This document shows positions 48,595-58,959 of a stretch of 64,000 bases of DNA, one piece after another (within the stretch, counting starts at the first letter, position 1; every line of letters starts with the position of its first letter). This DNA is from an uncultured delta proteobacterium (GTDB lineage: Bacteria > Myxococcota_A > UBA9160 > UBA4427): the NCBI GenBank assembly GCA_963822965.1, contig CAWGJT010000010.1, forward strand, positions 896,001-960,000, given 5' to 3'. The notes under the pieces were generated by a model. The model was given only the letters and a program-made list of their open reading frames with translations. It did no database searches and was not told the origin of the DNA. A program made the translations under genes and the position numbers.

Positions 48595-49353
48595 ATGGAC
48601 CTCGAAACCGTCGAGTACGAGAAGAAGGGCGCGATCGCCTACGTCACGCTCAACCGCCCCGACAAGCTGAACGCGATGAACACTCGGATGCACGAAGAGC
48701 TCGGTGCCGTCTGGGAAGACTTCAGCGAAGATGTAGATCTGCGTGTGGCCATCCTGTCGGGAAACGGGAAGTGCTTCAGCGCGGGCGCAGACCTGACCGA
48801 GCGCACGCCGGGCAGGTACAAGTACACGGGCGACTTCCCCGACATCAGCCAGACCCGAAACGTGTTCAAGCCGATCATCGCCGCATTGCATGGTCATGTC
48901 GTCGGCTACGGCATGTGGATCTCGCTCGACGCCGACATTCGGATCGCGGCGGACGACACCTCGTTCTGGCTCCCCGAACCACAATGGGGGATCGCCACGA
49001 TCCCGGCCGCCTGGTTCCCGAGAATCATGCCCTGGGCAATCGCCTCCGAGCTGCTGCTGATGGCCGAGCGCGTCGATGCAGCGCGCGCGTATCAGGTCGG
49101 ACTCGTGAACAAGGTCGTGGGCCGCGACGAGCTCATGGCCGCGGCCGAGAAGGCAGCGCAACGGATCTGCGAGCTGAGTCCGGTCGCCGTCCAGGGGATG
49201 AAGGAGTCGATGGTCCGCGGCACGACACTCGACTACAACGCCGTCGATCAGATCACGGATTGGGTCCAGACCCGTGTCATGAACTCGGAAGACCGGAGAG
49301 AAGGCGCAAAGGCCTTCGCCAGGCGAAGCAAGGTCGATTGGCCGGGGCGCTAG
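48595..49353 (+). CDS. Enoyl-CoA hydratase family
   Basis: FSAGADL, KPIIAALHG...G.G, LPE..WG. Confidence 0.9.
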   Translation: MDLETVEYEKKGAIAYVTLNRPDKLNAMNTRMHEELGAVWEDFSEDVDLRVAILSGNGKCFSAGADLTERTPGRYKYTGDFPDISQTRNVFKPIIAALHGHVVGYGMWISLDADIRIAADDTSFWLPEPQWGIATIPAAWFPRIMPWAIASELLLMAERVDAARAYQVGLVNKVVGRDELMAAAEKAAQRICELSPVAVQGMKESMVRGTTLDYNAVDQITDWVQTRVMNSEDRREGAKAFARRSKVDWPGR

Positions 49354-49358
49354 ACTAG

Positions 49359-50231
49359 GGGCTCACCGCCGTCCGAGGCGATCCGGCCGGCGCCGAGATC
49401 CTCCTCTTCTCGGTCGACCTGAGCCTCTTCCGCGAGGGCATGCTGGCCGCCGCGAAGGTTCTCGGCGATCCAGCGCTTCGCTGGGTCCAGAGCCCGGGCG
49501 CCGGGCTCGATCATCCGATCTGGTCCGGGCTGCTCGGCCGCGGCGTCCGCGTCTCGAGCGCGGCCGGGATCCACGCCGAGCCCATCGCCCAGCACGTCTT
49601 CACCTACATCCTCCACTGGGAGCGAAACGTCGCGCGTCACCAGGCACAGCAGGCATCGCGGACCTGGGAGATCATCGTCTCGGGCGACCTGACGCAGAAG
49701 ACCCTCGGCATCGTCGGATTGGGCGGCATCGGCAGCGCGGCGGCGCGGGTGGCGAAGGCGTTCGGCATGCGCGTCGTCGCGACCCGTCGCAGCGCCGTGC
49801 CCGACCCGAATGTCGACCTCCTCCTGCCACCCGATCGGCTCCACGAGCTGCTCGGTGAAGCGCACTACGTCGTTCTCTGCCTGCCTCTGAATCCCGAGAC
49901 GCGTCATGCGGTCGGAGCTCGGGAGCTCCTGGCGATGCGCGAGGACGCCGTGCTGATCAACGTCGCACGAGGCGGTGTGGTGGACGAGCCGGCGTTGATC
50001 GATGCGCTCCGCGAGCATCGGATCAAGGGCGCGGCCCTCGACGTCGTCGCGGAGGAGCCGCTGCCCGCGGGCTCGCCGCTCTGGTCGCTCGAGAATTGCG
50101 TGCTCACGCCCCACGACGCAGGCTACTCGCCGCGAGCCGGTGAGCGTCTCGCGGCGCTCTTCCTCGAGAACCTCGAGCGCTTCGTGGGAGGAGAACGCCT
50201 GCGAAACGAGGTCACCGAAGCGACGATCTGA
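49359..50231 (+). CDS. D-2-hydroxyacid dehydrogenase, probably N-terminally truncated
   Basis: GIVGLGGIG, INVARG, LTPH; frame open back to TAG 49356-49358 with no convincing start. Confidence 0.75.
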   Translation, partial: GLTAVRGDPAGAEILLFSVDLSLFREGMLAAAKVLGDPALRWVQSPGAGLDHPIWSGLLGRGVRVSSAAGIHAEPIAQHVFTYILHWERNVARHQAQQASRTWEIIVSGDLTQKTLGIVGLGGIGSAAARVAKAFGMRVVATRRSAVPDPNVDLLLPPDRLHELLGEAHYVVLCLPLNPETRHAVGARELLAMREDAVLINVARGGVVDEPALIDALREHRIKGAALDVVAEEPLPAGSPLWSLENCVLTPHDAGYSPRAGERLAALFLENLERFVGGERLRNEVTEATI

Positions 50232-50421
50232 GCCCGAGCGCCCGGCGCGCCTCGCGGCGCCCGCGGCGAATCACGCTTGGCGGTCGAATTCCCCGCCGCG
50301 ACGGACGCGGTAAGCGGACCGCGAAACGCTATCCTCGCGAACGGTCATTCGGCAATCGGGGCACAGCCTGTTCGAAGCCGACCGGGGCCCCATTCGCGCG
50401 CGAGCACCCAGGAGCACCGCT

Positions 50422-51315
50422 GTGGCGAGCAAGCAACACGACGCCCTCATGGCGGCGATTCCCGGTCAGAACGTCGACGCGAGCGACCCCGTCGACGTCG
50501 TTCGCGAGAAGATGCATGCGATCCACCCGAACGCCGCGCCACCCGGTACGATCGTCGAACCCGACTCGCTCGATGGCCTCGACGCGAAGTGGATCTATAC
50601 GCCGGAAAACGCCGACTCGGACCGCATCGTCCTCCACGTCCATGGCGGCGCCTTCGTCTCGACCGTGGTCGACCACTACCTGATGTACGGCGAGTTCCTT
50701 TCGCGCAAGATCGGCGCGAAGGTCGTCTGCTTCCAATGGACCTGGGCCGACGAAGCGCCCTACCCGCGGGCAATGGACGACACGGTGCGCGCCTTCCGCG
50801 CACTCGTCGACCGAGGCATCGCCCCCGATCGCGTGGCCCTCATTGGCGACTCCTGCGGCGGCGGGCTCGCACTCTCCGCGATGTGCGCCTTGCGCGCTGC
50901 CGGCGGCCCCCTGCCAGCGTGCATGGTCGGCCTCACGCCGTGGCTCGACGCGGAGCAGACCGGCGATGCCGCGATGAATCCGCGCGGCCGCGACCCCTTC
51001 GTCGAGGCGGAGTGGATCCGCGCCCGCTTTCGCGACTACGCCGGCCCGACGGGCGACCTGAAGGATCCGGGCATCTCGCCCTTCCGCGCTTCGCTCGCCG
51101 GCCTGCCCCCGATGTACCTGTCGGTCGGCGAGATCGACACGACCAGCGACGACTCGACGCGACTCGCCGAGCGCGCCCGCCGCGAAGGCGCGAGTCTGAT
51201 CGTCGACGTCGCGGCCGAGATGGTCCACGGCTACATCGGGCTCTGCGACGCCTTTCCCGAAGCGACCGAGGCCATGGAGCGCATCGCGCTCTTCGTGAAC
51301 CAGCGGATTCCGTAG
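50422..51315 (+). CDS. Alpha/beta hydrolase (HSL/Aes-like esterase)
   Basis: HGGAF, GDSCGG, MVHG. Confidence 0.9.
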   Translation: MASKQHDALMAAIPGQNVDASDPVDVVREKMHAIHPNAAPPGTIVEPDSLDGLDAKWIYTPENADSDRIVLHVHGGAFVSTVVDHYLMYGEFLSRKIGAKVVCFQWTWADEAPYPRAMDDTVRAFRALVDRGIAPDRVALIGDSCGGGLALSAMCALRAAGGPLPACMVGLTPWLDAEQTGDAAMNPRGRDPFVEAEWIRARFRDYAGPTGDLKDPGISPFRASLAGLPPMYLSVGEIDTTSDDSTRLAERARREGASLIVDVAAEMVHGYIGLCDAFPEATEAMERIALFVNQRIP

Positions 51316-51322
51316 AGCCCTG

Positions 51323-51674
51323 ATGGAGCTACTCGATCCCATACGAACTGAAGCACTACATCGACATCATCGTGCAGCCCATCCTCACGTTCGTGTACGA
51401 CTTCGGGAAGATGATGCACGTGGGCACGTCCCGAGGATCGCGAGTCGAAGACCGCGATCGTCTTCAGCCACCCGATCGGAGGGTCGGAAACGGGGCGGAT
51501 TCCGCGTGCGCGCCCGGCCACACCCATCGGCTCTACGAGGCGATCCCGCACTCCGACAAGGAGATCCACGAGATCGCGGGCGCGTCCCACTACTACATGG
51601 GGCAGCGCGAAGAGCTGGTGCAGTGCGTCGAGATCTACTCGCGCTGGCTCCGCGCGCACGGCCTCGACGGCTGA
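51323..51674 (+). pseudogene. Chimeric remnant ending in an alpha/beta-hydrolase C-terminus
   Basis: NGADSAC.P.H..RLYEAI...DKE.HEI.GASHYY; the N-terminal part looks unrelated. Confidence 0.5.
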
Positions 51675-51775
51675 CGACTCGCCGAGCCGATCAGCTTCTT
51701 CGACTTCGATTGGACTTCTTCGATCGGGGCGGAATGATCTGTAGGCCATGTGCCCGGAATGGACCCTCTCCGGAG

Positions 51776-51828
51776 TGGCACGCCGGGAGGTCTTCGAGCC
51801 CCCGACCCTCAGGTTCGAAGCCTGATGC
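51776..51828 (-). repeat. tRNA-Arg(UCG) 3'-half fragment, copy 3
   Basis: Minus strand GCA-TCAGG-CTTCGAA-CCTGA-GGGTC-GGGGG-CTCGAAGA-CCTCC-CGGCGT-G-CCA: anticodon arm (TCG), degenerate T arm, CCA; no D arm or 5' acceptor strand. Confidence 0.75.
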
Positions 51829-51877
51829 GCCACTTCGCCGATCCTGCGAGCGGATGATCGGAGGCGGACAGGAAGAG

Positions 51878-51911
51878 GAAACGCCCGGAAGCCGTAGCCT
51901 CCGGGCGTTTC
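51878..51911 (-). terminator. Intrinsic terminator-like hairpin downstream of tRNA-fMet
   Basis: GAAACGCCCGGA...TCCGGGCGTTTC, 12-bp stem. Confidence 0.75.
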
Positions 51912-51931
51912 TGTTCTCGCTCTCGCGAAAG

Positions 51932-52008
<77 letters not shown>

Positions 52009-52022
52009 ATGAGCGGAGCGGG

Positions 52023-52050
52023 ATTATGGCACCCGGGTTTGGACTGTCAA
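52023..52050 (-). promoter_or_regulatory. Sigma70 promoter of tRNA-fMet
   Basis: TTGACA-16 nt-CATAAT with TG extended -10. Confidence 0.75.
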
Positions 52051-52151
52051 CGTTCGGGTTATCCATGCCAGTTGCATGCGCAACTGTGCGGAAAGTTGAG
52101 CTTTTTTGTAGTTTTATACCACAATGCTCCGAACAGGAGGCTCGATTTCCC

Positions 52152-52712
52152 ATGCGGAAGCTGATGAACGACCCCGTGATCCTCGCCGCGTTGGTGGCGA
52201 TCGCGGGACTTGCGGTTGCTGCTCCGACCCTGGCCGGCACGGTCTATAGCTGGACCACCGATGACGGCACGATGGCGTATACGGACGACGCCAAGCGGAT
52301 CCCGGCGAAGTACAAGGCGAAGGCCAAGCAGCGCCAGCTCGGGAAGCTGAAGAACTACGACCGCTTCACCGAGTCGCACGTGAAGTACGCAAAGCCCTAC
52401 GAGAAGCGCGTGGACGAACGGCTCGAGGCGCTGCGTCCGACGCCGCCCGCCGTCTCGGCGGCGCCGCCGGGCATGGTGGTGGGGGCGCCGCGGGTGCTGG
52501 GCGTCGGACTCCAGCGCGGGGACATCGACCAGCTGAACTTCCCGGTCGGTGAGCTGACGGACGAGCCGATCGTCACGTCGAACCACCGCATCCGGAGCCG
52601 CGACAGCATTGCGACCCAGGACGTCCAGATCACGAAGCAGGGCGACAAGGTCATCTCGGTCAGCATCTCGCCGCGGAACGAGCGCGGCGTGTCCGAGAAG
52701 GTCGACTACTAG
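52152..52712 (+). CDS. Secreted DUF4124-like protein
   Basis: Signal peptide, then VYSWTTDDGT.AYTDD...IP.KY. Confidence 0.75.
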   Translation: MRKLMNDPVILAALVAIAGLAVAAPTLAGTVYSWTTDDGTMAYTDDAKRIPAKYKAKAKQRQLGKLKNYDRFTESHVKYAKPYEKRVDERLEALRPTPPAVSAAPPGMVVGAPRVLGVGLQRGDIDQLNFPVGELTDEPIVTSNHRIRSRDSIATQDVQITKQGDKVISVSISPRNERGVSEKVDY

Positions 52713-52766
52713 GGTCGAGTCTCAGGGGGTCGACTCTCACGGGATCGACTCTCACGGGGTCGACTC
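52712..52766. repeat. 15-bp tandem repeat, ~3.7 copies (GGGTCGACTCTCACG)
   Basis: Units at 52712, 52727, 52742 and 52757 (partial). Confidence 0.8.
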
Positions 52767-52823
52767 CGGGACCCGGAGCGGATCCGCGGATTCGCCTGTG
52801 GGCCTTCGAGCGTCGCCGGTCGT

Positions 52824-53402
52824 CTAGTGGGACAGCCGGCGGCGCTCCCGCTCGTCATCACGCCGACTCGGGAGCCCGTGGGACGATCCCGACGCGCTGC
52901 GGCTCCCGCCGTCGGCCGCGGTGCCCTCGTCTTCGGCGGCGGGCGTCTCCTCGTCCGCGGAGCGGTCGGAGAGCCGGCGCGAGTGGCCGCTCGAGAAGCC
53001 CCGGGCCGCGGCGGCGGGCTGCTCGGTGGCAGCGGCCGCAGCCGGCGGCTCCACGTCGCGGAACCAGCCGGGCAGGGCGCCCGCGCGGCGGGCGACGTCG
53101 GGGAACTCGGCCAGCTCCTTCTCGGCGTCGGCGAGCTCTTCCTTCAACCGATTCATCTCCTTGACGAGGCCGGCCTTGCCTTCGCCGGTCAGGTCGCGCG
53201 TGCTGCGGGCGCGGCTGTAGTCCGCCAGGGCGGACTCGTAGTTGCTCTTCAGGGTGGCGGTGCGCGTGAGCAGCTCCTGGTAGCGCTGCACCCACTCCTC
53301 GCGTTTGGCGTCGTCGTCGCCGGCGAACGTGACGAAGGGCACGGCGAGGATCAGGACCGCCGCGACGACGGCCGCGGAGACGACCAGCAGGGGCTGCTTC
53401 AT
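52824..53402 (-). CDS. Secreted coiled-coil hypothetical protein
   Basis: Signal peptide; helical region; ARRAGALPGWFR. Confidence 0.7.
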   Translation of the reverse strand: MKQPLLVVSAAVVAAVLILAVPFVTFAGDDDAKREEWVQRYQELLTRTATLKSNYESALADYSRARSTRDLTGEGKAGLVKEMNRLKEELADAEKELAEFPDVARRAGALPGWFRDVEPPAAAAATEQPAAAARGFSSGHSRRLSDRSADEETPAAEDEGTAADGGSRSASGSSHGLPSRRDDERERRRLSH

Positions 53403-54181
53403 TGGAACACTCCTTCGGCACCCGGGGGCGCGGTTCGCTCGTAGATGAACTCGTCCAGGGTGCGGACGCTCGAGCTGTCGATCTCGACGAAACGGAGCCC
53501 GGCTCCGTCGCTCGCGTGTTGGGACTCGAAGCGGTTGCGGCACCAGACGACCTCGGCGCTCGGCGCCAGCATCACGTCGGACTCCGGCAGCCGGAAGCGC
53601 AGGCCCAGCTCGTCGGCGAAGACCAGCGGAACGTCGGTCTCGACGAAGGCGCCGCCGCGGGAGAGGTTGCGGAGCGTTCCCTTCACCTCCCGCTCGCCGG
53701 CGGTGACGGTGACCGGAACGTCGAGGGCCACCCGAGGCAGGCCTCGCAGCTGCGACCGGCCGAGCAGGCGGGTGACCGAATCGACCAGGGACAGGCGGGT
53801 GAGGGGCTTGGCGAGGACGTCCGTCGCGCCGGCCCGGATCGCGGCACCCCGCGCGCCCGCGCCCGGGTCGCTCGTGAGCATGACGAACGGGATGCGCTGC
53901 AGGTCGGGATCCCGCCGGATCGTGCGGCACAAGGCCGCCCCGTCCATGCCGGGCATGCAGTCGTCGCACAGGATGAGGTCGGGCTTCTCCCGCCAGGCGG
54001 CGGCGAGCCCCTCGTCGCCGCCGGCCGCGGTCACCACGCGCGCCGTGCGGGCGAGGAAGAGGGTGGCCAGCTCGCGCAGGTAGGGGACGTCGTCCACGAC
54101 GAGGACGGTGTACTCGAGGGCGCTCTCGCGCCGGGTCTCCTCGTCGTCGAGAATCGGCTTCGTGGCTGCCGGGTCGCTCAC
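53399..54181 (-). CDS. Response regulator with C-terminal PilZ domain
   Basis: VLVVDD, PDLIL.D..MPGMDG, KP; RGLPR, NLSRGGAF, GAGLRF. Confidence 0.88.
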   Translation of the reverse strand: MSDPAATKPILDDEETRRESALEYTVLVVDDVPYLRELATLFLARTARVVTAAGGDEGLAAAWREKPDLILCDDCMPGMDGAALCRTIRRDPDLQRIPFVMLTSDPGAGARGAAIRAGATDVLAKPLTRLSLVDSVTRLLGRSQLRGLPRVALDVPVTVTAGEREVKGTLRNLSRGGAFVETDVPLVFADELGLRFRLPESDVMLAPSAEVVWCRNRFESQHASDGAGLRFVEIDSSSVRTLDEFIYERTAPPGAEGVFQ

Positions 54182-54222
54182 CTGCCCCTCCTGGCGCGGC
54201 GCGCCGGGCCGCCGGCGCGGTC

Positions 54223-54678
54223 TCAGCGTGCGGCGGACCGGCCGATCGCCTCGTCGAGACCCTTGAAGGTCGGCGAGACGTGCCACTGGTTGGTGAAATC
54301 GTTGCGCTTCCAGTGCTGGGTCTCGTGCACCTCCACCTCGAAGGGCCAGTCGGTGCGGTAGCCGTAGTAGACGACCTGCACGGTGCACTCGCCGGACTCG
54401 TCGAGGTCGACCGGCTCGGAGTCGTAGTCGGTGAAGCGGAAGTCCTTGAGGGGCGGCGCCACCCGCATGAACTCTTCGCGCTCCTCGGGCTGCACGTACT
54501 TCGCCGCCTTGTTGAAGGCGCTCCAGCGGATCAGGCTCGAGTAGCGCTTCTGCTGCTCCGTGAGCGCCACCTCCCGCAGCAACGGGTCGGTGATGTAGAT
54601 CTCGCCGAACGAGCAGGCGGTCGAGCTCACGGCGCCGAAGCCGAGGGCCAGGATCAGAACGAGCCGGTTGCGAAACAT
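54223..54678 (-). CDS. Putative lipoprotein
   Basis: Hydrophobic N-terminus ending ..STAC; Y..LIRW..F..A. Confidence 0.7.
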   Translation of the reverse strand: MFRNRLVLILALGFGAVSSTACSFGEIYITDPLLREVALTEQQKRYSSLIRWSAFNKAAKYVQPEEREEFMRVAPPLKDFRFTDYDSEPVDLDESGECTVQVVYYGYRTDWPFEVEVHETQHWKRNDFTNQWHVSPTFKGLDEAIGRSAAR

Positions 54679-54934
54679 GCGTGCCTCCTGCGGCCTCCGC
54701 GAGCCGCAGCGGTGGCTGCAATCGCGGGTCGCCTCTTGCCTTTCTATCGGCCGCTGGTCCGGAAGCCTGAGGGCGGCACGCTCCCTCGCGGCCCGGGGGC
54801 TTTTCCGGCACCCTGGTTGCCGACGACCCAGGAGGCGCCCGCGGGGAAGGCCGGTCCGCCGCGCCGCCGCAGGGGCGACGGACGCCGGCCCGGGTACCGG
54901 GCCGGCGGGGCGGGGCACGGGGGATCGAGACGAC

Positions 54935-55906
54935 ATGGGCGACCTGCTGGTAGGGATCGACATCGGCGGTACCAAGATCGCCACGTCGGTCGGCGATCGA
55001 TCGGGCAGTGTGATCACGCACACGCGCCGTCCCACGGCCGGGCAGGGCGATCCCGAGCGGGACGTGGCGGCCCTGGCGAAGGACATCCGGGAGCTGGTCG
55101 AGAGCGCAGGAGCGCTGTCCGACGTGGCGGCCGTGGGCGTCTCGGCGCCCGGGCCCCTGGATCCCACCGGGCGACGGCTGCTGGATCCGCCGAACCTGGC
55201 GGGCTGGGAGGACGTGCCCCTGGCCGAGTGGCTGGAGGACGCCCTGGGAGCCCGCGTCTTCCTCGAGAACGACGCCAACGCGGCGGCCGTCGCCGAGTGG
55301 CGCTTCGGCGCCGGTCGCGGCTTCGACGACGTCGTGTACCTCACCATGTCCACCGGGGTCGGCGGCGGCCTCGTCCTGGGCGGTCGGCTGTATCGGGGCG
55401 TGGGCCGCGGCGCGGGAGAGGTGGGTCACATGCGGGTCTGCTGGGATGAGGACGCCGAGGTGTGCAGCTGCGGCCGGCGCGGATGCCTGGAGGCCTACGT
55501 GGGTGGCGCCTCCTGGAGCCGGCGGCTCCAGCGGATCACGCCGAAGGACAGCCGCGCGGCGGAGCTGGCCGGCGGCGTCGAGCACGTCACCCCGAAGCAC
55601 GTGGTGCCGGCGGCCCGGGAGGGCGACGCCTTCGCGCTCGCCGAGATGGACCGCTTCAACCGCTACCTGGCCCGCGGCATCGTGAATCTGGGCTTCGTGC
55701 TCGCGCCCCAGCGGGTGGTGCTCGGCACCATCGCCGTGGCGGCGGGCGACCTGTGCTTCGTCCCGGTGCGGCGGGCGGTCAAAGAGCACCTCTGGGACGT
55801 GCTGGAGGCCGGGCTGCAGATCGTGCCCGCGGAGCTCGGCGACGCGCTGCCGGACCGGGCGGGTCTCGGCGTGGCACTCGAGGCCCTGCGCGAGACGGAC
55901 GCCTGA
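54935..55906 (+). CDS. ROK-family sugar kinase (glucokinase-like)
   Basis: GIDIGGTK, ENDANAAA, STGVGGG, GEVGH, CSCGRRGCLE. Confidence 0.93.
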   Translation: MGDLLVGIDIGGTKIATSVGDRSGSVITHTRRPTAGQGDPERDVAALAKDIRELVESAGALSDVAAVGVSAPGPLDPTGRRLLDPPNLAGWEDVPLAEWLEDALGARVFLENDANAAAVAEWRFGAGRGFDDVVYLTMSTGVGGGLVLGGRLYRGVGRGAGEVGHMRVCWDEDAEVCSCGRRGCLEAYVGGASWSRRLQRITPKDSRAAELAGGVEHVTPKHVVPAAREGDAFALAEMDRFNRYLARGIVNLGFVLAPQRVVLGTIAVAAGDLCFVPVRRAVKEHLWDVLEAGLQIVPAELGDALPDRAGLGVALEALRETDA

Positions 55907-55921
55907 GCGGGGCTCCTGCGC

Positions 55922-57728
55922 TCAGCGCCACTCGATGGGCGGCGCGGACGAGCCGCCTCCCGCGAAGCCGCTGGGTGCCACCTCGAAGCGCGCGAGCTCC
56001 GAGACGATGGTCGCGGCGCTGTCGCGCAGCTCGGTCAGCATGGCGTTCACCTGGGGAATCTGCTCGCCGCTCTTCCGGGCGTTCTCGAGCAGGCGCATCA
56101 CGGCGTCGCCGACGGCGTCGCTGGCCTGGGCGTGCTCGCCGGTGTTCTCCTTGATGCCCTGGATCATCTCGGTGATCTGCGCGATCGCCTGGGTGATGTA
56201 GCGACCGGTGTCCCGCTGCTCGTCGATGGAGCGGTACACCTGCTTGCACAGCTCCAGGGCCGCCTCGGAGTTCTTCATCATCTGCTCGCTGGCCCGGCTC
56301 TGCTCGGACATGGCGGTCGTGATCTGCTGCACCTGGCTGGAGGTCTCCTGGGCGGCACGGGCCACCATCGCCGAGGTGCGCGTCTGCTCCTCGGCGGCCC
56401 GGGCGATCTCCGCCACGCGGCGGCTCGACTCGGCTGCCGAGTCGCGGATGGTGTCCAGCGAGCGCCCCGCGAGACGCGACCGGCTCACCCCCTGCTCGAT
56501 GGCCTCGATGCCGGCGCTCATCGACGTCATGGCGCTGTCGGATTCCGCCTCCACCGCGTGCAGCAGCTGCTCGATCCCCTTCGTGCTGGCGGCGGTCCGC
56601 TGGGCGAGCACCTTCACGTGGTTGGCGACCACGAGGAAGGCCTTGCCCTGCTCGCCGGCCTGGGCGGCGATGATGGCGGCGTTGAGCGAGAGCAGGTTCG
56701 TCTCGTCGTTGATCTCGCCGATCACGCCCAGGATGTCGGCGATCTCGCCGATGCGTCCCACCAGCTTCTCGAGCTTCTTGCGCGCGTCGTTGGTGAGCGC
56801 GTGGATGCGTTCGATGTCCCGGATCGTCTCGCTCACCGCCTGGGAGCCGTTCTCGGCGCCGCTGCTCACCTTCTCGCTGAGGGTCGAGGCCTCCTTGACG
56901 TGACCGTCGACCTCGCGCACGGCGCGGTCCATCTGGATCATGGAGGCCGCGGTCTCCTCGGCGATCCGCTGCACGCTCTCGGCGCTGTGGGCCACCTGGC
57001 GCATGTTGGCGCTCATCTCGTGGACCGCGGAGGTGGAGCTGTCCACGGCGTCCTGGAGGGCGCCGGCGTTGCGGCCGACCTCCTCGACGGAGCTTCCCAT
57101 CTGGAGGATCGACGACGCGCTCTCCTCGGCGGCTCGCGCGAGGTTCTCCACCCGCTCGTTGATGTTGCGGATCGAGCTGTTGATGTTGGCCATCAGCGAG
57201 GCGGACTCCTCGACGGCCTCCTCCTGGTCCTCGGCGCTGCGGTCGATCTCCGCCAGGGCCCCGGTGATGCGCTCGGGCAGGTCCTGCACCCGGCTGACGA
57301 TGGCGAGCACCCGATGCGCCACGACGCCCAGGGCGTCGAAGATTCCGTTGAAGCTCTCGCCGATCGACCCGGAAGCCACCGAGCCGCTCGGCGTCGATCG
57401 CGACGCAGCTGGGATCCCGCGTCCAGCTGTCGGGCCGCGCGCGTCAGCTCGTCCAGGAAGGCGAGCGTGCGCGAGACGCGCTGGGCGGTGACGAATCCGC
57501 TGAGCGGCGGCGACCCCCGCCACCGCGAGCGCGGGCACCACCCAGCCGCCCGTCCAGTGTCGCCCCAGGGCCATGGCGACGCCGCCGAGGGCGACGCCCA
57601 CCGCTCCCCCGATCGCGGACTCCAGGCGGATGCGCGAGAGCCCGGAGCCGGCGGACGCCGCTTCGGATCGGGGTGCGTTCCCGGCCGGGGAGGGCGCTTG
57701 CGGCGCGTCGAGGGGGAGCTTCTGCCAT
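55922..57728 (-). CDS. Methyl-accepting chemotaxis protein (frameshifts in the 5' part)
   Basis: [32 protein letters not shown]. Confidence 0.88.
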
Positions 57729-57781
57729 CGCGGTGCACATCGGTCGCGTGCGAATCCGGCTTGAGGCAGGGATCCCGGCCT

Positions 57782-58954
57782 TCAGTCGGCGCGCCGGCCC
57801 TCGCTGGCCTCGAGCTCGCGGCGAAGCGCCGCCAGCGATCCCGCCTCCACGGCCCGCCGGGCCTCCTCGAGCAGCCGCAGGTAGAAGCGCAGGTTGTGCA
57901 GCGTGGCGAGCCGGGCGCCGAGCGTCTCGTCGATGTGGAGCAGGTGGCGCAGGTACGCGCGCGAGTGACGCGCTGCAGGTGGGGCAGTCGCATCCCTCCT
58001 CGGGCGGGCGGGGGTCGTCCTTGTAGCGTGCGTTCTTGATGTGAACCCGCCCGCTGCGGGTGAAGAGCACCCCATGGCGACCGTTGCGCGTCGGGACGAC
58101 GCAGTCGAACAGGTCGACCCCCGCCGCGACGCCGTCCAGCAGGTCGACGGGCCTTCCCAGCCCCATCAGGTAGCGCGGGGCGTCGGCCGGGATCTCCTCG
58201 TTCGCGGCCTCCACCATGTCGGCTCGCTGGCGCGCGCTCCTCCCCCAGGCCGAGTCCGCCGTGGGCGTAGCCGTCGAACCCGATGGCAACGGTCTCCGCG
58301 TGCGGACCGGCGCCGCAGGCCCGCGTCCACGCCGCCCTGCACGATGCCGAAGAGGGCGGTCCGCGCGCCGGCGCCGGGCCCGGCTGCGCGCGCTCCGCCC
58401 AGCGCAGGGAGCGATCCGTCGCCACCTCGATGCGCCGGCGCGTCGCGTCGCGTTCGGCCTCGGCTGGACGACACCGGGACGTGACACTCGTCGAGCACCA
58501 TGGCGATGTCCGAGCCGAGGGCCTCCTGGATGGCGACCACGCTCTCGGGGGTGAGCAGCCGCCGGCGTCCGTCGAGGGGCGACGAGAACGTGACGCCCTC
58601 CTCGGCGATCTCCACCCGGTCGGCCAGGGAGCTCACCTGGTAGCCGCCGCTGTCGGTCAGCCAGGGACCCCGCCAGCCGGTGAACCCGTGCAGGCCGCCC
58701 TGACTGCGGACGATGTCCTCGCCGGGGCGCTCGTGCAGGTGGTAGGTGTTGGCGAGCAGGATCTGGGCGCCGATGCCGGCGAGGTCGTCGGGGTCGACGC
58801 CGCGGACCGCGCCGTAGGTCGCGACGCACATGAAGGTGGGGGTCGCGACGCTGCCGTGGGGCGTCACGAGTCGGCCCGCCCGGGCGGCGCCGTCCCGCGC
58901 CTCGAGCCGGAAGGTCGTCGGTGCCTCGGGGGTCTCGCGTGTCTCCGCCGACAT
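57782..58954 (-). CDS. tgt: tRNA-guanine transglycosylase (several frameshifts)
   Basis: [57 protein letters not shown]. Confidence 0.92.
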
Positions 58955-58959
58955 GTCGC

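Noticed and set aside
51776..51828. Functional tRNA-Arg gene
   Set aside because: No D arm or 5' acceptor strand, and the T loop is damaged
52712..52766. Possible CRISPR array
   Set aside because: 15-bp units with no spacers and no cas genes
54883..54907. GC hairpin upstream of the ROK kinase as a riboswitch
   Set aside because: Simple stem in very GC-rich DNA with no recognisable aptamer
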